Assembly: GCA_038890615.1 (NCBI GenBank)
Contig: JAWAFI010000002.1
Location: 27,815-91,814 of the forward strand
Source: Candidatus Anstonellales archaeon
Lineage (GTDB): Archaea > Micrarchaeota > Micrarchaeia > Anstonellales > J096
DNA: 64,000 bases
Direction: 5' to 3'
Numbering within the stretch: position 1 is the stretch's first letter; each line of letters starts with the position of its first letter. Positions 59,876-64,000 of the stretch are shown here, one piece after another. Made by a program: the position numbers and the translations under genes. Under the pieces are notes generated by a model. It saw only the letters and a program-made list of their open reading frames with translations, was not told the DNA's origin and searched no databases.

Positions 59876-60976
59876 ATGAAGGTTGCGTTCCTCTCTGACA
59901 CCCATATAGGGGAGAGGAGATTCAGGAAAGAGGCGCTTGACAATGCTACCAAGGTTATTGAAGCTGCCAAGGTTGCAAACATAATATTCCACTGCGGGGA
60001 CTTTTTTGATACAAGGTACCCAAAGCCAGAAGTTGTGGCAGAGATAGCTAGGGAGCTTAAGAGGATTGGGAAAAAGGTTTACGCCATATACGGCAACCAT
60101 GAGAGGGTGCCAAGGGACAGCTTGACAGAATTGCAGCTTCTTGCAGAATTAGGAGTAGTTGAGTTTCTCAAGAGCGGAAGGAATGTGATTGAGCACAGCG
60201 GTATGAAAATAGTGGTCTATGCGCTTAATAATGTGCCAGAGGATTTGGCAAAAGCAGCCCTTGAAGAAGTGCTTAGGGGCGCTAAATGCGATGGTGATCT
60301 GAATATCCTTCTTTTGCATCAAGATATAAAAGAGTTTGTGATGTCTGACACAGAAGGGGCAATAGAGCTCGCTGACTTGGAAGGGCTTTGCTTTGACTTA
60401 ATCGTAAGCGGCCATATCCACCAGCACAGGAAAGCTTTGGGAGGGAAGCTTGTAGTTACTGGTAGCACCATTGCAACGCAGCTCAAGAAAGAGGATGAAG
60501 GGCCCAAGGGATTTGTGCTATACGATACGGAAAAAAAGCAGTGGGAATTCATTGACCCTGGGCTTAGGAAGTTCCAGCTTGTGGAGTTGGAATTTGAGGA
60601 AGCGACTGAGAATGATGTGTTTGAGAAGGTTGCAGAAAAGATGGCTTTAATAGATGAGGGGGCGCTCGTTAGAATAAAATTAGAAGGCACCCTTAGGAAA
60701 GGGGAGGATGGGGCAAAGATAGTAGCAAGGATTGCAAGGCAGTGGCCTTTCGTGTACGAAATAGATTCAAGGCTTACATTCCCTGACATAAAGGAGAAAA
60801 TCCAGCTCATAAGGAAAGGAAGGGAAGGCGGTGGAATTGCAGAAGGGATTGAGGGGGTGGTAAGCAGGAATGCTGAGAAAGCTGGTTTTGCTTATGATTC
60901 TCGAAAGGCATTTGAAAAAGCAACAGAGAGTAGCGATGAGCTGGTAAAGTATGTAAAGGAGGAGGAAGGTCTTTGA
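59876..60976 (+). CDS. mre11: Mre11/SbcD-like DNA repair exonuclease
   Basis: SDTHIG, GDFFD, YGNHE, LLHQ, SGHIH, KGFVLYD. Confidence 0.85.
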   Translation: MKVAFLSDTHIGERRFRKEALDNATKVIEAAKVANIIFHCGDFFDTRYPKPEVVAEIARELKRIGKKVYAIYGNHERVPRDSLTELQLLAELGVVEFLKSGRNVIEHSGMKIVVYALNNVPEDLAKAALEEVLRGAKCDGDLNILLLHQDIKEFVMSDTEGAIELADLEGLCFDLIVSGHIHQHRKALGGKLVVTGSTIATQLKKEDEGPKGFVLYDTEKKQWEFIDPGLRKFQLVELEFEEATENDVFEKVAEKMALIDEGALVRIKLEGTLRKGEDGAKIVARIARQWPFVYEIDSRLTFPDIKEKIQLIRKGREGGGIAEGIEGVVSRNAEKAGFAYDSRKAFEKATESSDELVKYVKEEEGL

Positions 60977-61500
60977 GCGCAATGAAGAGCTTTAAATATT
61001 TTCTAGGTGGGTTTGGCGCAGGGATAGGGCTTGTCCTTCTCATTATGTGGATGTATGGGCCCAGCAGCATTGCGAATGGTGCAATATTTTCCCCAGGGGA
61101 AGGGGAGCAGATAATATACTTCATAGAAGGTGCTAATGAAACCCTTGACATAGAGGTTTATGTCTTTACTTCAAAGGATGTACTTGAGGCGCTTGGCAGG
61201 GCTGAAGAAAGAGGGGTGAGGGTAAGGGTTTTGCTGGAAAGGGATGTAGCTGGTGATTCAAACGAGCAGATGTTTTCTAAGCTTGAGGAAAGAGGGGTTG
61301 AGGTAAGGTGGGCTGAAACCTCAGGGGTAATGCATTCAAAATTCATAATAAGGGATGGAAAGGATGTTCTAGTTGGCTCGCACAACTTCACAGAAGCTGC
61401 ACTTGTGAAGAACAGGGAGGCCTCTGTTGTCTTGAGCGGCAGAGAGGTTGAAGAGTTCAGGGAGGTTTTTGAGCTTGATTGGGCTTCTGGGAGCGGCTGA
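60973..61500 (+). CDS. Membrane-anchored phospholipase D-family (single HKD) protein
   Basis: N-terminal TM; MHSKFIIRDGK...GSHNFT...NRE. Confidence 0.9.
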   Translation: MSAMKSFKYFLGGFGAGIGLVLLIMWMYGPSSIANGAIFSPGEGEQIIYFIEGANETLDIEVYVFTSKDVLEALGRAEERGVRVRVLLERDVAGDSNEQMFSKLEERGVEVRWAETSGVMHSKFIIRDGKDVLVGSHNFTEAALVKNREASVVLSGREVEEFREVFELDWASGSG

Positions 61501-61536
61501 GCATAACGAAAATGACAAAGAAACCTTGGAATTAAA

Positions 61537-61779
61537 TTATATTAAAGAAGTTTCAATAATCTCCACAGAGCTTACGGAGGATAGCTTCCCAACTTCTTCA
61601 TCAATGTTTGATCCTGATGCTGAGTCAACTATAAATAAAACCTTAAGCGCCTTTATCCCAAAGCCAATATCAATCACTTCGTGGTTTGCTGGCTTTAGAT
61701 GTGCCATATCACTTAGCAACTTTTCAGGGCTTATTCCTTTGTTTGGGATAACCCTCAAAAGTATTCCTACCTTGCTCAT
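61537..61779 (-). CDS. ef1b: Elongation factor 1-beta
   Basis: MSKVGILLRVIP, DIGFGIKALKV, VSSVEI. Confidence 0.9.
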   Translation of the reverse strand: MSKVGILLRVIPNKGISPEKLLSDMAHLKPANHEVIDIGFGIKALKVLFIVDSASGSNIDEEVGKLSSVSSVEIIETSLI

Positions 61780-61922
61780 GGTCCCACAAACCCGCAAGAG
61801 TGGTTGTAGATTACCTTGTTAAGCCTGCAATCCTTGCATCTAATTATGTCCTTCCCACACTCAGGGCATGGGAATGAGACAAAGTTGATTGTTGTCTTTC
61901 CGCATGATATGCATCTTTTCAT
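61776..61922 (-). CDS. Small zinc-finger protein (DUF1610/HVO_2753-like)
   Basis: Manual translation MKRCISCG...FPCPECGK..IRCKDCR...CGFVGP, in the typical position upstream of EF-1beta. Confidence 0.88.
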   Translation of the reverse strand: MKRCISCGKTTINFVSFPCPECGKDIIRCKDCRLNKVIYNHSCGFVGP

Positions 61923-61982
61923 GGTTTCACCTAACTGCGAATGGTTTTAAATCCATAGCGCCCTTTTTAAGTTTATGCCTAT

Positions 61983-62056
61983 GCCCTTGTAGTCTAACCT
62001 GGACAGGACGCAAGCCTGCGGAGCTTGGAATTCGGGTTCAAATCCCGACAAGGGCG
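61983..62056 (+). tRNA. tRNA-Arg (GCG)
   Basis: GCCCTTG/CAAGGGC-G acceptor, CAAGC-CTGCGGA-GCTTG anticodon arm, GTTCAAAT. Confidence 0.95.
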
Positions 62057-62112
62057 TTCTGTAAAATATAGGAAGAAAGCAATTATTTATATTTAAAGGT
62101 ATAATACTTATT

Positions 62113-62943
62113 ATGGACCTTAAGGATGAAGAAGAGAAGAAGATGAAGGGGCACGGGCAAAAAGGAAGAGTGGTTGGGGGGTTTATGGAGGGGAGGAGGC
62201 TTGGAAAAGAAGAGGTTATGGAGAGGGTGATTAAGGCTGTTATTGAAGGCAGAGAGGACAACGAGGCATTTGAGGAGCTTAGGAGGATTAACAGGGAAAG
62301 GAAAGGGGAAGATAAGAGGAGGGCTGAAAGGCTGGGGGAAGAGCTGGTCGAAAGTATTAAGAAAGAAAATTCCTTGAAAGATGTTGTAAGGTTGATATTG
62401 GAAGGGGCTGATTTAGATGTAAAAGGTGATTTGGGAAGGACAGCGCTTATTAGAGCTATTGAATATGAGCGCAAGAACATTCCAGAGGTGCTTATTAAGG
62501 CAGGCGCTAATGTGGATTTGCAGGATAATGTTGGAAATAATGCTCTGTGGTGGGCTGTAAAGTCAGAAGATAAGAAGACTGTTGAGATGCTTGTTAATGC
62601 AGGCGCGGATGTGGATTTGCAGGATGATGATGGAATGACTGCATTGATGTGGGTTGTTTATTGGCAGCGTGAAGAGATTGTGAAGTTTTTACTTCAAAAT
62701 GGCGCAAATCCTTTTTTGAAAAATAAAAATGGAGAAACAGCACTTTATGTGGCTTATGAGGAGCAATGGAGACACAATACTACTGCTATAAATAATATAA
62801 TAAATGTGTTAGAGAAGCATATAGATAATATGGATGAAGGGGTTAAGAAGAGGATGGAAAAGGAGGCTGAACTGAGGTTTGGGCTTAAGGAATGCAATAA
62901 GGAGAAAGCAAAGGGATTGATTTTGGAATTGCTGGGCAGTTAG
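62113..62943 (+). CDS. Ankyrin-repeat protein
   Basis: GRTALIRA, GNNALWWA, GMTALMW; family N-terminal domain; C-terminal LKECNKEK motif. Confidence 0.93.
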   Translation: MDLKDEEEKKMKGHGQKGRVVGGFMEGRRLGKEEVMERVIKAVIEGREDNEAFEELRRINRERKGEDKRRAERLGEELVESIKKENSLKDVVRLILEGADLDVKGDLGRTALIRAIEYERKNIPEVLIKAGANVDLQDNVGNNALWWAVKSEDKKTVEMLVNAGADVDLQDDDGMTALMWVVYWQREEIVKFLLQNGANPFLKNKNGETALYVAYEEQWRHNTTAINNIINVLEKHIDNMDEGVKKRMEKEAELRFGLKECNKEKAKGLILELLGS

Positions 62944-62974
62944 GGTTAAAAAGTGATTGGAGGAAAGATAAATT

Positions 62975-64000
62975 ATGGAGGTTAAGGATAAAGAGAAGAA
63001 AAAGTTTGATAGCAAAGGAGGGAAAAAAGAGGCTGGGGGGGAAGGGATGAAAGAGGAGAGGAGGCTAAGCGAGGAAGAGGTATTTAGGAGGGTTTTGGAG
63101 AGTGTTAGGAGTAGGAAAGAAGATGAAGAGGCTTTTGAGGAGCTTAGGAGGATTAACAGGGAAAGGAAAGGGGAAGATAAGAGGAGGGCTGAAAGGCTTG
63201 GGAAGAAATTGATTGATGAATGCATACAGGAAAAGGAGGAGATTTCTTTAGAAAGGGTTGTAAAGCTGGTTTTGGAAGGGGCGGATGTGAATGTGCAGGA
63301 TAATAATAATGGATGGACTGCGCTGATGTTGGCTGCTGAGAAGGAGCATGAGGGGATTGTTGAGATGCTTATTAAGGCAGGGGCGAAATTGGATTTGCAG
63401 AATAAAGATGGAGAGACTGCGCTGATGTTGGCTGCTGAGAAGGAGCATGAGGGGATTGTTGAGATGCTTAGGAAGGAAGGGGCTGATCCTTTTATTGTAA
63501 ATAATAAAGGAAATACTGCTTATGATTTGGCAAGAAATGAAGAGATAAAGAGAATAATAAAAGATGAGGAGAAAAGAAAGGTTAAGGAAATAAGAGAAAG
63601 CATAAGAAAGTGGAAAGAAGAGGGAATGAAAGAGGAAGAAAGGCCTAAAGGTCTTGAGACTGTTTTTATATGGGCTGCTCTGAAAGGTAATACAGAGCTT
63701 GTTAAGGAGCTTATTGATTTAGTTGATGTCAATACAAAAGTGAGTGGAAATACGGCGCTGATGTTGGCTGCTGAGAAGGAGCATGAGGGGATTGTTGAGA
63801 TGCTTCTGAAGGCAGGGGCTGATCCTTTTATTGTAAATAATAATAGAGAGAGTGCTTATGATTTGGCAGGAAATAAAAAGATAAAGAAAATGTTAGATAA
63901 TTATATGAAACGTATAAAAAGAGTATTAAGGAAAATGGAGAAAGAGGAAGGGCTGAATAAAAAGGAGGAAAAATTAATGAAAGTTGCTCTGAAGATGGCA
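62975..64000 (+). CDS. Ankyrin-repeat protein (partial, runs off window end)
   Basis: Manually read open frame from ATG 62975 (MEVKDKEKKK...), with TALMLAAEKEHEGIVEML three times. Confidence 0.92.
   Translation, partial: MEVKDKEKKKFDSKGGKKEAGGEGMKEERRLSEEEVFRRVLESVRSRKEDEEAFEELRRINRERKGEDKRRAERLGKKLIDECIQEKEEISLERVVKLVLEGADVNVQDNNNGWTALMLAAEKEHEGIVEMLIKAGAKLDLQNKDGETALMLAAEKEHEGIVEMLRKEGADPFIVNNKGNTAYDLARNEEIKRIIKDEEKRKVKEIRESIRKWKEEGMKEEERPKGLETVFIWAALKGNTELVKELIDLVDVNTKVSGNTALMLAAEKEHEGIVEMLLKAGADPFIVNNNRESAYDLAGNKKIKKMLDNYMKRIKRVLRKMEKEEGLNKKEEKLMKVALKMA

Noticed and set aside
52165..64000. Diversity-generating retroelement driving ankyrin variation
   Set aside because: No reverse transcriptase or non-coding template repeat in the window, and I could not show adenine-specific substitution; one elsewhere in the genome cannot be excluded

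Overview
Archaeal chromosomal segment. It most likely comes from a small-genome DPANN-type archaeon (Micrarchaeota-like); this is inferred from gene content and compactness and cannot be proven here. The backbone is core housekeeping genes: uL16, eS8, EF-1beta, RpoL, four aminoacyl-tRNA synthetases, PyrG, topoisomerase VI A/B, tandem ftsZ genes, Alba, Lhr with a metallophosphoesterase, Mre11-like nuclease, TruD, Dim2 and a DRG GTPase. It also carries five tRNAs (Pro, Leu, Phe, intron-containing Cys, Arg), a divergently arranged SUF Fe-S cluster locus, and a copper-export cluster abutting tRNA-Phe with candidate operator palindromes. The most striking feature is an expanded family of about ten ankyrin-repeat genes at six loci. 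They share a charged leader and a conserved helical N-terminal domain, and four share a Cys-containing C-terminal motif. They show near-identical DNA patches in a mosaic pattern, a duplicated promoter/start cassette and one homopolymer frameshift, which suggests an actively recombining, diversifying repertoire of binding proteins. Also notable are an apparently catalytically dead glutamine synthetase homologue, a 35-nt identical tract between the two ftsZ paralogues, and an ORF that starts 1 nt after tRNA-Pro. No CRISPR array, integrase, transposase or reverse transcriptase was seen.
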